NCBI GenBank assembly: GCA_964549075.1
Contig: CAZJUB010000032.1
Coordinates: 1 to 28,681 of the forward strand
Reading direction: 5' to 3'
DNA length: 28,681 nucleotides
Source: an uncultured archaeon
GTDB lineage: Archaea > Asgardarchaeota > Heimdallarchaeia > Heimdallarchaeales > Heimdallarchaeaceae
This document shows, one piece after another, positions 10,014 to 19,100 of the stretch (its first letter is position 1; the number at the start of each line of letters is the position of its first letter). The position numbers and the translations under genes were made by a program. The notes under the pieces were generated by a model, which saw only the letters and a list, made by a program, of their open reading frames with translations, was not told where the DNA came from and searched no databases.

Positions 10014-12386
10014 TTACTCTATATCTTCTAAATCTTTCGTAATTTCCGGTAATTTACGTGGCCACCAGTTCCAACGAGAAGCAAGACTCATTATTGCTGG
10101 TACCAAGATTGTTATAATGATGAATGTATCAACCAATACAGCGAGAGTTAGAATAAATCCAAATTCATTAAGTATCATTGTACTACTAAACAACATTCCT
10201 CCAAAAGCTATAGCCATGATAACTCCAGCCATGGATATGATACCTCCAGTTCGATATAAGCCTTTAATGACAGAAGCTTTCTCACTATAACCATTATTTC
10301 GATACTCTGAAATTCTGGAGAGAAGGAATATATCATAATCCAGGCCTAATCCAATGAGAATGCTAAAACTCATGACAGGTGTAGCCCAATAGAGTGCATT
10401 TATGTCTCGAAGTGCAGGTATGATGCCATCTACTATACCTACATCAAAGATCAGAGAAGCTATCCCATAAATCCAAGAAAGTGTTAAACCAATTGTTATG
10501 ATTAGTCTTAATGGCATAAAAACTGACTTGAACATAATAGCGATAAGAACATAGACTATTATGACTATAATGCCGATCATTAAAGGAAACATACTGTAAA
10601 CAGTATCAACTGAATCAACTACTTCTGGAGTATCTCCAGCTAAATAAAATCCATAATCAGAATTAGCATTAAACTCATGTAGAATGATTCTTGTTTCTTT
10701 TATCCAATCCTCTATATAACTACCAAATGGATCAAAACTTGGTTGTATTTCCACTAATACTGTTGAGTTATCAGCATTTGTATATCTTCCAAGTACCATC
10801 TCACGATAAAGAATCGCAGTAGTTTCATTATATGAAGGATGAGCTGGATTGAGCCAATCTTCTACAAATACAAAGGGGATAGCAGAACCTCCTCCCCAGA
10901 AGATACTAGTAAAAGATTCAGAGCTTATATTCGTATTCGTAACAATATCAATGATTAGCTCTTGACCTGTCGTAAAGAAATCTTGTGTAAAAATACCATT
11001 ACTTTGATTACTCGCAATAATGATGTACATAGGAGCTAACATTCCTGGTTGGAAATCCTCTTTAAGCATGCCATATGCTTCTGTTGAAGTTGCATTTCTT
11101 GGTAAAATATGATTTTCCGCGATAGATGTGCCCATCTTCAGCATTTGAATTGAAATAGGTATAGCTGCCACAAGGGTTATTATGATAACAAGTACAGAGT
11201 ATTTTGTTGCAAGTTTCCCTATTTTATACCATATACTTTTTAGTTGATTATTTAATTCAATTTTTTTACGCTCTTCTTCAGTTTTTGGTCTTTCTTCTTG
11301 TTTCTTCTTTAACAAACGGAATTTTGAGAAAAACTTCCCAAACAACAAGAGAATTGAAGGTATTAGTGTGAGATTTGCCAATAATGTAGTTGTGATACAT
11401 AAAGCTGCTCCAACACCTATAGATGCTAAAAGACCGATAGGGAAGAAGATTAAACCTATAAAACATATAGCTAAAGTTATTCCTGAAACACCAATTGTGT
11501 GTCCTGCATGTTCCATCATTAAATGAACAGCTTCAAAATTATTTCTTCCTCGAATCAATTCTTCTCGATATCTTGATAATAAAAACAAGGAATAATCTAT
11601 CGATAAAGCTATTACGAGTGACATCATAACACTTGGAACAAAACTGAAGACTGGCATAGTTACAGCAACAGGGTACATTAGAAAGAAAGATGTCGCTATT
11701 GAAAAACCAACACTAACAACGGGTACGATCATCAATTTAAAACTTTTAAGAACAAGAGCTAAAACAATCAGAGCAAGAGGTAGGACAATAGAATCCATAA
11801 CAATTATATCTTTCTCTGAAGCATTTTTCATGTCTTCAAATAAGATATGAGAACCAGTAAGAAGAATAACATATCCTTCTGGTTCAAATAAATTTATAGA
11901 ATCAGATGTATACTCTACAAAATTATTCAATTCTTGATCAGTCATTGAATTAAGACTGATCTCCACTATCGTTGTAGTATTGGTATCAGATACAAATCCT
12001 AAAGCAGCAATGCTCAGAGTTGTATTTAACATAAAATAATATCCTCTAATATCGATAATCTCTGAAGAATAAGCAGAATTTCTAAGGCTTGAATTAAGAT
12101 CCATACAAAATGAAGCAATCTCATAGGTTAATACTGATTGCGATTTATTTTCATTTTGGATTACTAGAATAATAGATGTCTGGGTATTTACTCCAGGAAA
12201 TTCCTCTTCTAAGATAGTGTTTGCTAGATGAGAAGGTGTATCTTCTGGCACATTGAAATCAGAGCTTGTTTCAGCAATGAATCTAGGTGCTAACCAGATA
12301 CTGAATCCTAAAATAACTGCCCAAATTATAATTACAATTATCTTATATTTTTCTAAGAATTTAGTGTACTTTTCAACGAATTTCAA
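10014..12386 (-). CDS. MMPL family (RND superfamily) transporter
   Basis: Two repeats of TM + large loop + 5 TM; motifs IALSIDYSLFLLSRYREE and IGLGLDYDIFLLSRISEY; ends with WNWWP. TTG start preceded by GGGGA. Confidence 0.92.
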   Translation of the reverse strand: MKFVEKYTKFLEKYKIIVIIIWAVILGFSIWLAPRFIAETSSDFNVPEDTPSHLANTILEEEFPGVNTQTSIILVIQNENKSQSVLTYEIASFCMDLNSSLRNSAYSSEIIDIRGYYFMLNTTLSIAALGFVSDTNTTTIVEISLNSMTDQELNNFVEYTSDSINLFEPEGYVILLTGSHILFEDMKNASEKDIIVMDSIVLPLALIVLALVLKSFKLMIVPVVSVGFSIATSFFLMYPVAVTMPVFSFVPSVMMSLVIALSIDYSLFLLSRYREELIRGRNNFEAVHLMMEHAGHTIGVSGITLAICFIGLIFFPIGLLASIGVGAALCITTTLLANLTLIPSILLLFGKFFSKFRLLKKKQEERPKTEEERKKIELNNQLKSIWYKIGKLATKYSVLVIIITLVAAIPISIQMLKMGTSIAENHILPRNATSTEAYGMLKEDFQPGMLAPMYIIIASNQSNGIFTQDFFTTGQELIIDIVTNTNISSESFTSIFWGGGSAIPFVFVEDWLNPAHPSYNETTAILYREMVLGRYTNADNSTVLVEIQPSFDPFGSYIEDWIKETRIILHEFNANSDYGFYLAGDTPEVVDSVDTVYSMFPLMIGIIVIIVYVLIAIMFKSVFMPLRLIITIGLTLSWIYGIASLIFDVGIVDGIIPALRDINALYWATPVMSFSILIGLGLDYDIFLLSRISEYRNNGYSEKASVIKGLYRTGGIISMAGVIMAIAFGGMLFSSTMILNEFGFILTLAVLVDTFIIITILVPAIMSLASRWNWWPRKLPEITKDLEDIE

Positions 12387-12690
12387 ATAATTCCCCCAAG
12401 GAACTATTGCTAGTATTGAAGGTCATTTCAAAGTGTTTTAAGCCTTTTTGTAACCATAATCAAATTTGAACTTTTCATAAAAAAGTTTAAAAAGAGCACA
12501 AGATAAAAACAGATTTAACTTAAATAAACAATTATTTAATTATACTAAAAAGAAAATAAAACTGCAATAAATAATCGTTTTCGATATAAAAAAAAGTATT
12601 TTTTAAAAGAAACCATAAGATTATGTTTAAAAAAGGACGTGAAATCTGAATTTCGCATAAAGATTGAAAATTGAGTTCAAAGTGAAAAAT

Positions 12691-14325
12691 ATGACTAGTA
12701 CAAAAACAAGTCGAACACCAATTGAAAAACAAGCTTTGATTATATGGATAGGGAGTGCTGTGTTTATTTCTATGGGAATTTTAAATTTATTATTTTATTT
12801 TACACCTTTCTTTCCAGTGGTTTATTTGTATGCAAACACTATCGGGTATGTGTTGTATTCTATTACTTTTACAAGTTTAATTCCTATTGGGATTGGAATT
12901 AGGAATATTACAGATATTTATTTCGTAGATCATATAACAAAATCTGGGCAACAAACAGCAACTTGGATATTCATCTATTCAGCTTCAGTATTAACAGATA
13001 TGCTTTCATTAGGATTTCCAGTTATCTCAGGTTTTGTTGCACTAGCTCTTATAACTGGTAGAGTAATGGCTTTTGTTAAATTGAACAAAACTTTTGAGAA
13101 AATAAAAAGGATATTTGATGTAAAAGTAGGAAGTTTTTTCTACTTGCTTTTCGCGTTCTATTCAATTATTATAATGGTCCTTGGAGCAGTTGCTAATTAT
13201 TCAGAATCATATGACTTTGAAGTTTTTCTTGCTGTATTTAACGGTGCTATTGAATCTATATTAATGGTTATTGTCGGAGTAGTACTTATTGCTGATATTA
13301 TTAAATTGAAGAAATTCATTGATGAGAGTGATATTCAGCCTTATGCTGCAAAAAAAGCATATCTTTCTAGAGATCGAACAGCAAAACCAGTATTATCAAC
13401 TACAAAAGAGCACATTCAATCTCAAACTCAGATTAAGAAATTCCAAGAAAAAGCTACTAAACAAGAAATGAGAATTCAACATATTAGAGAGAAAGAAAAA
13501 CAAAGAAAAGTGCATAGAGAGAGAGTTGAAGAAAAGGAAGAAGTACCTGTAACCTATATAATCTGTAATCATTGCAAACAGAGAACAGATAAAAATCTTC
13601 CAAATTGCATGAACTGTGGAGAATCATTAAAGGAGGAAAGTGAAACTACAAAGAAAGAGATATCAGAAGTGTCAGTTAGAAGAGTCTTATCACCAAAAAG
13701 AGAAAAAATTCTTCAACAGCTTACTGTTGCAGTATTTCTGATAGCTTTTGTAGTTTATGCTTTTGTAAAAGGAGAAGGAGTTTTACAAACTTATGCGATT
13801 ATAATAATCGCTGTGTTTGCAACCTATTTAATAGTTAATTATATCGTATTATTCTTCTCTGGAAGAGGATTTGCTATAACGACAGTAATGAGTGACATTT
13901 CATTTCTATTTATTATCATCCCTATACTAAGTGCTATACTCTCATACTTTCTAACCTTAGCTGTAGTTGAAATAACTGAAACTTCTATAGAACAAAACAG
14001 ATGGTTATTAATTGGATTAACAATTATTCTATCTCTGTTGAGTATATTCTTGCTTTTGAGTTACAGAGTTAGAAAGACAAATATGAGTTTAAAGGAGTAT
14101 CTAAGATATAGATTCGATTTCAAAGCTAGGGCAGAAGAACTAAATAAAGAACAAAAACGAGTAGAGAAAAAGCGAGCAAATTTTGATAGTCTTGATAGAA
14201 TAGAAGCTCATATGGCGAGACAAAGACAAGAAAAAGTCATGAAATATGAGGATTTTGATTTTAAGAAGAGATTGAAAGAACTTGGAAGTCCTTTGACAAA
14301 TGATGAAGAAGATGAAAACGAATAA
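12691..14325 (+). CDS. Multi-pass membrane protein with central coiled coil + zinc ribbon and C-terminal coiled coil
   Basis: About 5-6 TMs, then a charged helical linker, CNHC-x10-CMNC, about 4 more TMs, then a charged tail. ATG at 12691 preferred over TTG at 12664. Confidence 0.75.
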   Translation: MTSTKTSRTPIEKQALIIWIGSAVFISMGILNLLFYFTPFFPVVYLYANTIGYVLYSITFTSLIPIGIGIRNITDIYFVDHITKSGQQTATWIFIYSASVLTDMLSLGFPVISGFVALALITGRVMAFVKLNKTFEKIKRIFDVKVGSFFYLLFAFYSIIIMVLGAVANYSESYDFEVFLAVFNGAIESILMVIVGVVLIADIIKLKKFIDESDIQPYAAKKAYLSRDRTAKPVLSTTKEHIQSQTQIKKFQEKATKQEMRIQHIREKEKQRKVHRERVEEKEEVPVTYIICNHCKQRTDKNLPNCMNCGESLKEESETTKKEISEVSVRRVLSPKREKILQQLTVAVFLIAFVVYAFVKGEGVLQTYAIIIIAVFATYLIVNYIVLFFSGRGFAITTVMSDISFLFIIIPILSAILSYFLTLAVVEITETSIEQNRWLLIGLTIILSLLSIFLLLSYRVRKTNMSLKEYLRYRFDFKARAEELNKEQKRVEKKRANFDSLDRIEAHMARQRQEKVMKYEDFDFKKRLKELGSPLTNDEEDENE

Positions 14326-14360
14326 AATAATTTAAATTAGTTATTCATTTTCCTTACCGT

Positions 14361-15008
14361 ATGATTGTGAGAGTAACCAGAAAAAAAGAAAGATTTTCAA
14401 CATATTCTCACGTATTTGGATTGATTTTAGCTATAATAGGATGTATATTTTTATTTATTTTAAATGGAAATAATATTCCATATCTAGTTGTAATAATAAT
14501 TTATACCTTCTGTATATGCTACATGTTCAGTGCAAGCATATTGTATCATGCATCTAAGAAAACTGAAAAAGATCAGACATTTTGGAGGAAGTTTGACCAC
14601 ATAGCGATTTTTTACATGATAGCTGGTTCCTACACCATTATTTCATTTATCTATATAGATGGAGTTTTCAAATGGATTATAATAGCATTACAATGGACTT
14701 TTGCAATATTAGGTACCATTCTAAAAAGTCTTACACTCAAAATTCCTATTTGGTTAGATGTAGGGATTTACTTAGTTATGGGATGGATGATTGCAATAAG
14801 GTTTGACTATGTATTAGTGAATGTTTCACTCAAGATATTCTTACTTATTCTCTTCGGTGGTTTAGCTTATACCATAGGAGCTATCTTACATGCTTTCAAC
14901 AAACCTTTCCCTCTACCAAAACGGTTTGAGTTTCATGATATCTTTCATATTTTAATTATAGTTGGAGCTGGTTTGCATTATTTAGCAATTTTATTTGCAT
15001 TCATATGA
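14361..15008 (+). CDS. Hemolysin III / PAQR family 7-TM protein
   Basis: Conserved motifs ERFSTYSH, SILYH, RKFDHIAIF..IAGSYT, YLVMGW, GGLAYTIGA, FHDIFH..HY (metal-binding histidines intact). Confidence 0.92.
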   Translation: MIVRVTRKKERFSTYSHVFGLILAIIGCIFLFILNGNNIPYLVVIIIYTFCICYMFSASILYHASKKTEKDQTFWRKFDHIAIFYMIAGSYTIISFIYIDGVFKWIIIALQWTFAILGTILKSLTLKIPIWLDVGIYLVMGWMIAIRFDYVLVNVSLKIFLLILFGGLAYTIGAILHAFNKPFPLPKRFEFHDIFHILIIVGAGLHYLAILFAFI

Positions 15009-15050
15009 AAAAATATAGTAAGAAATATAACTAACAATGATATTATAGTA

Positions 15051-16007
15051 TTGCACAAGATTGAAAAAGGGTTCAAATTGAGTCTAAATTCAAAAGTCCG
15101 TCAGAGAGTGGAGTATCAATGTAATAATTGCAGGAAAATGAGGATTTTATTCATTGCACCTGCATTACAAAGTACAAACGTTGATAGCCATGGATATACA
15201 GAATTGGTTGATGTCCATATGTGTATGAATGATGAACTCACTGCAATAAAACTCTTTGTTGATGCTCATTATGATGTAAGAACTCAAGTTACAGTGAAAA
15301 ATGAACCAAAAACTGAAGAACCAGTTTTCACTGACTTAGCAGGATTAAACATTCCTATTCCAAAAAAAGCAGATTTTGTTGATCTAAATATTGTTCCTAC
15401 TAAAGACTTCGGTGGGTACAATCTTAAACATCTTTTCATTACTGATAAACTTAGAAGTAGAGATTATATTCTAGGTACAGAAAAAGAAGGAAAGAAAATT
15501 ACCACTAAATCTCCATTAGGATTTATTGATATTATAAGTTATTTCGATGAAAGTATTGAAGAAGAATTTGCACAAGATTGGTTATTGAATTTAGCAAACT
15601 CCATGGAGACTCTGGTCTATCTGGATGAGAATTTACTGACTTATATAGGAGTATATTTAGATTATATGATTGTCTCAAAACCAGAAGCAAAGGAACTAGT
15701 AGAATTGAATCTATTACTCCAATCAACTATGGCAATTCCACATTCAACAGAAGAACACATTTCTATTTTTGAAAACCATGTAGATGAACTGTTTCCTGGT
15801 TTAAACGTAGTTAACTACCGTATTTTCAAGGCAATTATGTCAAATTGCTTACAAAATGAACAAAAAACCTTAATGAAAGTATATGAAGATATGAAACAGA
15901 ATATTTCGCAACTTCATTCTTTCCCTTATTTTCTTTCAATAGTTAGTCAATTAGTATCATTTGGATTTGTAAACATTGAAAAACTAGAATTTTATACACT
16001 CAACTAG
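15051..16007 (+). CDS. Hypothetical protein with N-terminal putative Zn-binding domain and C-terminal winged-helix-like region
   Basis: CNNC...DVHMC...LFVDAHYDVR at the N-terminus; C-terminal KTLMKVYEDM...FLSIVSQLVSFGFVNIEK resembles a wHTH. Start uncertain (TTG 15051 or 15078). Confidence 0.65.
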   Translation: MHKIEKGFKLSLNSKVRQRVEYQCNNCRKMRILFIAPALQSTNVDSHGYTELVDVHMCMNDELTAIKLFVDAHYDVRTQVTVKNEPKTEEPVFTDLAGLNIPIPKKADFVDLNIVPTKDFGGYNLKHLFITDKLRSRDYILGTEKEGKKITTKSPLGFIDIISYFDESIEEEFAQDWLLNLANSMETLVYLDENLLTYIGVYLDYMIVSKPEAKELVELNLLLQSTMAIPHSTEEHISIFENHVDELFPGLNVVNYRIFKAIMSNCLQNEQKTLMKVYEDMKQNISQLHSFPYFLSIVSQLVSFGFVNIEKLEFYTLN

Positions 16008-16018
16008 GGAAAAACAAG

Positions 16019-17317
16019 ATGTCAATAAATTTGTATCAAATAGATAGCAAAAAAGTATACAATGTTGTTAAAAATATATGTAAGAAAGTAGGGGAAAGAG
16101 TTTCAGGTTCAGAGGATGAAAAAACAGTAGCTCAACTAATATCAAAGCAAATGGAAAGCCTTGGTTTGAAAGATATAATTGTAAAAACTTTTCCACACAC
16201 ATATTATGAAGGCACAGAAGCTTCTTTACATCATCTTGATACAGGTACTATAATCACCGGAAAACCTATTTGGATGACCAAATCTACTCCTTTAGATGGT
16301 ATTGAAGGAGAAGGGATTTATCTTGGATCAATTAACCAAATTGAGGAAATTGCATTAGATACAATTAAAGATAAAATCGTCTTTGTTTTCTTCTTAAGAG
16401 ATTATTTAGAACCTGAAATTTTTGGAAATTTAAAAAAACTTTACAAACTTAAACCTAAAGGAGTCATTCTTCTAAGTAATTACAATTCTGAAGTCACTCG
16501 TTCAGATCCTATTTTTCAAGATGATTCAATTTTTTCTAATATTCCTACAATTATTGTTCCAGCTTCTAAATTTTCTATTTTTAAAAATAATCAATTAAAC
16601 TCTCGTTTTAGACTCTCTGTAAAAGGTAAAAAACAAGAAGGATTACTTCACAATGTTATCTCTCTTCAAGATGGTGAGATAACAGATTCAATACTAATTT
16701 GTGCAAATCATGACACAGTAGAATATTCACAAGGAGCAATTGCAAACGCTACTGGTGTTGCGCTAGTTTTAGAACTTGCACGAATACTTTCTAAAGTAGA
16801 AACAAGATTCAGTTATGTTTTTGCTACATTTGGTGGAGAAGAACAGAATTTAGAAGGTGCTAAGAATTTTCTAGAAAATTTCTTTAGATCTAAAATTGTT
16901 TTATGTATAAATCTTGATTCAATTGAACCCTTTCCTGGATTTGTTGCTTCTATAGTTGCTGGAAACAAAGATCTATTCGAGATGGTTAAAAACGTGAGTA
17001 ATAAAAATGATTTTCCAGCTTTAACTGTTAATAGTACTCCAAACGAAGGCACTAATATGGTATTTATTCAAGAAGGGATCCCATCAATAATGGTTTTATT
17101 TAAAGGATCTGTCTCACCAGGTGTAAATAGAACTGAACTTGATAACTTGAAGTTAATATCTGAAAAATCGTTACAAGAAACAGGGAACTATGTACTGAGA
17201 TTGTTAAGTAAAATTGAGGAATATGAAGATTTAAGTTTCGCAGATGGTATTCCTCCTAATTTAGAAAAAGAGACAGAAAACTATTTTGAGAGAATGCAAT
17301 TTTATCTTAAAGATTAA
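16019..17317 (+). CDS. M28 family peptidase homologue with PA domain, probably catalytically impaired
   Basis: GERVSGSEDE, PA insert (IKDKIVFV..KGVILL..IPTIIV), HNVI, ICANHDT, GAIANATG, FGGEEQNLEGA, INLDSI, GIPS, NRTELD; three canonical metal ligands are substituted. Confidence 0.85.
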   Translation: MSINLYQIDSKKVYNVVKNICKKVGERVSGSEDEKTVAQLISKQMESLGLKDIIVKTFPHTYYEGTEASLHHLDTGTIITGKPIWMTKSTPLDGIEGEGIYLGSINQIEEIALDTIKDKIVFVFFLRDYLEPEIFGNLKKLYKLKPKGVILLSNYNSEVTRSDPIFQDDSIFSNIPTIIVPASKFSIFKNNQLNSRFRLSVKGKKQEGLLHNVISLQDGEITDSILICANHDTVEYSQGAIANATGVALVLELARILSKVETRFSYVFATFGGEEQNLEGAKNFLENFFRSKIVLCINLDSIEPFPGFVASIVAGNKDLFEMVKNVSNKNDFPALTVNSTPNEGTNMVFIQEGIPSIMVLFKGSVSPGVNRTELDNLKLISEKSLQETGNYVLRLLSKIEEYEDLSFADGIPPNLEKETENYFERMQFYLKD

Positions 17318-17427
17318 AGGAAGTGATAATTTAACTTTAAGATTTTTGTCGGAAACCAGGTTATTTCTTATTTTGTTTATAAACTTCCCCACAGAATTTA
17401 TATTATAAGAAAAAATTTTCTTTTCAG

Positions 17428-17739
17428 ATGAATGAAAATCAGAGATCTAGTCAAGAAGCTTGGAGAGCTCTTCAAGAGATTTCTAGAAAAGAGAGAGAGC
17501 ATGCACAGAAACTTTACACAATAATAGAGGATTTGATCGAAAACCAAGGTTATATTATATCTAAAAAAACACTTCTTACAAAACTTGGTTTTAAATCTGT
17601 TGAAGAAATGATAGATTGGGAATTAGATTGGCTTCCTAGAAAGGAATTGAATATAAAGTTTGAATACAAAAATGATCATGTCAGAATTATCAAAGATGCA
17701 ATTGATGAGAAAGATTTAGGAATTTATGATTACTTCTAA
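17428..17739 (+). CDS. Small hypothetical protein, possible winged-helix (PCI-like) domain
   Basis: 103 aa, ATG start preceded by a TTTATATT TATA-like element; ISKKTLLTKLGFKSVEEMIDW...KFEYKNDHVRI suggests helix-helix-wing. The 3' end overlaps the convergent aminotransferase by 24 nt. Confidence 0.6.
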   Translation: MNENQRSSQEAWRALQEISRKEREHAQKLYTIIEDLIENQGYIISKKTLLTKLGFKSVEEMIDWELDWLPRKELNIKFEYKNDHVRIIKDAIDEKDLGIYDYF

Positions 17740-18843
17740 TAAGTCAGCAAACCTGTCCAATCCTTCTTTGAGATACTCTTTCTGAGAACCAATTCCTATT
17801 CTGAGATAATTATCCATACCAAAGCAATCGCCAGCAACCATAAGTAAACTCTTTTCAGTTCTCAGTCTCTCTGTCAATTCAGTTGAATTCATCTCAAAGA
17901 AATACTTTACAAAAGACATTGCACCAGCTTTTTGAGGTATAAAACTAAATAGTTGGTTATGAGATTCAATCCAGTCAAGAAAGAAATCAAGATTCTCGTT
18001 CAGTAATTTTCTGTTTCTAGCTAAAATTCTCTCTCTCATTGATGGTTGTAATACCCATTCTGCAATCTGCTGACTTAGTACACTTGGAGAAATAGTAGTA
18101 TAATCATGATAAGACCAAGCTTTTGAAGCAATCTCCTCTGGAGCTACTAACCAGCCAAGTCTAATTCCTGGTAGACTATATGCTTTTGATAATCCTGCTA
18201 CTGCGATTACTTTATCATATTGTCCAAAAATGGTTTCAATCTCTTTTCCGTCTAATTCTGCTCCTCGATAAACCTCATCACTATGAATATAGGCATCCGC
18301 TTCCTCAGCTAAATCAATGATACACTTTATAACAGAGTTTTCAAGTATTGAACCTGTAGGATTATTAGGATTACAGATACTAATAAGTTTAGTATGTTTG
18401 GTTATTATTGTTTTTAATTCCTCTTGATCAGGTTGCCAGTTTAAGTCCTCCTTAAGGTAGAAGGCTTTAACTCTACTACCTAAAGCATTAGCTAATCCCC
18501 AAGTTTGCAAATAATTAGGAAGCATACAAGCATATTCGTCATTCCTTCCTAACATGCTCCAAATTGAGATGAGATTTGCTTCAGCAGAACCATTAGTAAC
18601 TAAAATATTTTCCTTACTTGAAGATGGATAAAGTGTGCTAATAGCAGTTCTTAACCCTATAGAACCATTAGTTTGACCATAACCAATTCTCAAATTAAGA
18701 AGTTTTTTTAGTTGATCTTTGTTCAAGAGTTCCTCAAGAGTAAAAGGATGAATACCACTTTCAGTAAGATTATATTCAACAAAGTTTTCCCACAAAGATT
18801 GTCTTCTTTCTAGCTCAAAAGTTTCGATTTTCATTATTATCAA
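17716..18843 (-). CDS. PLP-dependent aminotransferase class I/II
   Basis: VTNGSAEAN, CNPNNPTG, SDEVYRG, GLSKAYSLPGIRLGW (PLP lysine) and YLRIGIG. Confidence 0.93.
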   Translation of the reverse strand: MIIMKIETFELERRQSLWENFVEYNLTESGIHPFTLEELLNKDQLKKLLNLRIGYGQTNGSIGLRTAISTLYPSSSKENILVTNGSAEANLISIWSMLGRNDEYACMLPNYLQTWGLANALGSRVKAFYLKEDLNWQPDQEELKTIITKHTKLISICNPNNPTGSILENSVIKCIIDLAEEADAYIHSDEVYRGAELDGKEIETIFGQYDKVIAVAGLSKAYSLPGIRLGWLVAPEEIASKAWSYHDYTTISPSVLSQQIAEWVLQPSMRERILARNRKLLNENLDFFLDWIESHNQLFSFIPQKAGAMSFVKYFFEMNSTELTERLRTEKSLLMVAGDCFGMDNYLRIGIGSQKEYLKEGLDRFADLLEVIINS

Positions 18844-18990
18844 ACTTTGTTTTCAGAAGTTTATAAATTTTTCAAGAGCGAGTAAAAATAAAATTGTTTC
18901 AAGACTATAAGTGAAAATTACTCAATTGATTGAGCCCAATAATATCTTAATTTTTATCCTCTGAAAACTGATCCTTGAGACTATTGAATC

Positions 18991-19052
18991 ATAATTTCAC
19001 AAAGTTTCATAATGTTTCATTTTTCTTTTTCGCTATATTTAATGTATTTTGA
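18991..19052 (+). promoter_or_regulatory. Promoter of Kelch gene 1: three phased 10-bp direct repeats + TATA element
   Basis: ATAATTTCAC / AAAGTTTCAT / AATGTTTCAT (18991-19020), a 14-nt spacer, then ATATTTAATGTAT (19035-19047); the same layout recurs at 21723-21769. Confidence 0.7.
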
Positions 19053-19071
19053 GGTTCATACTTCTTATTTA

Positions 19072-19085
19072 GAGCATTAATGCTC
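19072..19085. promoter_or_regulatory. Perfect 14-bp palindrome between TATA element and start of Kelch gene 1
   Basis: GAGCATTAATGCTC is its own reverse complement and lies 15 nt upstream of the ATG. Confidence 0.4.
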
Positions 19086-19100
19086 AAAGGAAAGTGAAAA

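Noticed and set aside
12639-12656. Imperfect inverted repeat GTGAAAT-CTGA-ATTTCGC in the MMPL divergent region
   Set aside because: Short, imperfect and single; not distinguishable from chance, and no support for an ncRNA.
8573-16813. ORFs starting at 8573, 11278, 12532, 15532 and 16813
   Set aside because: 60-80 aa, overlapping well-supported genes or AT-rich promoter DNA, and without protein-like features.
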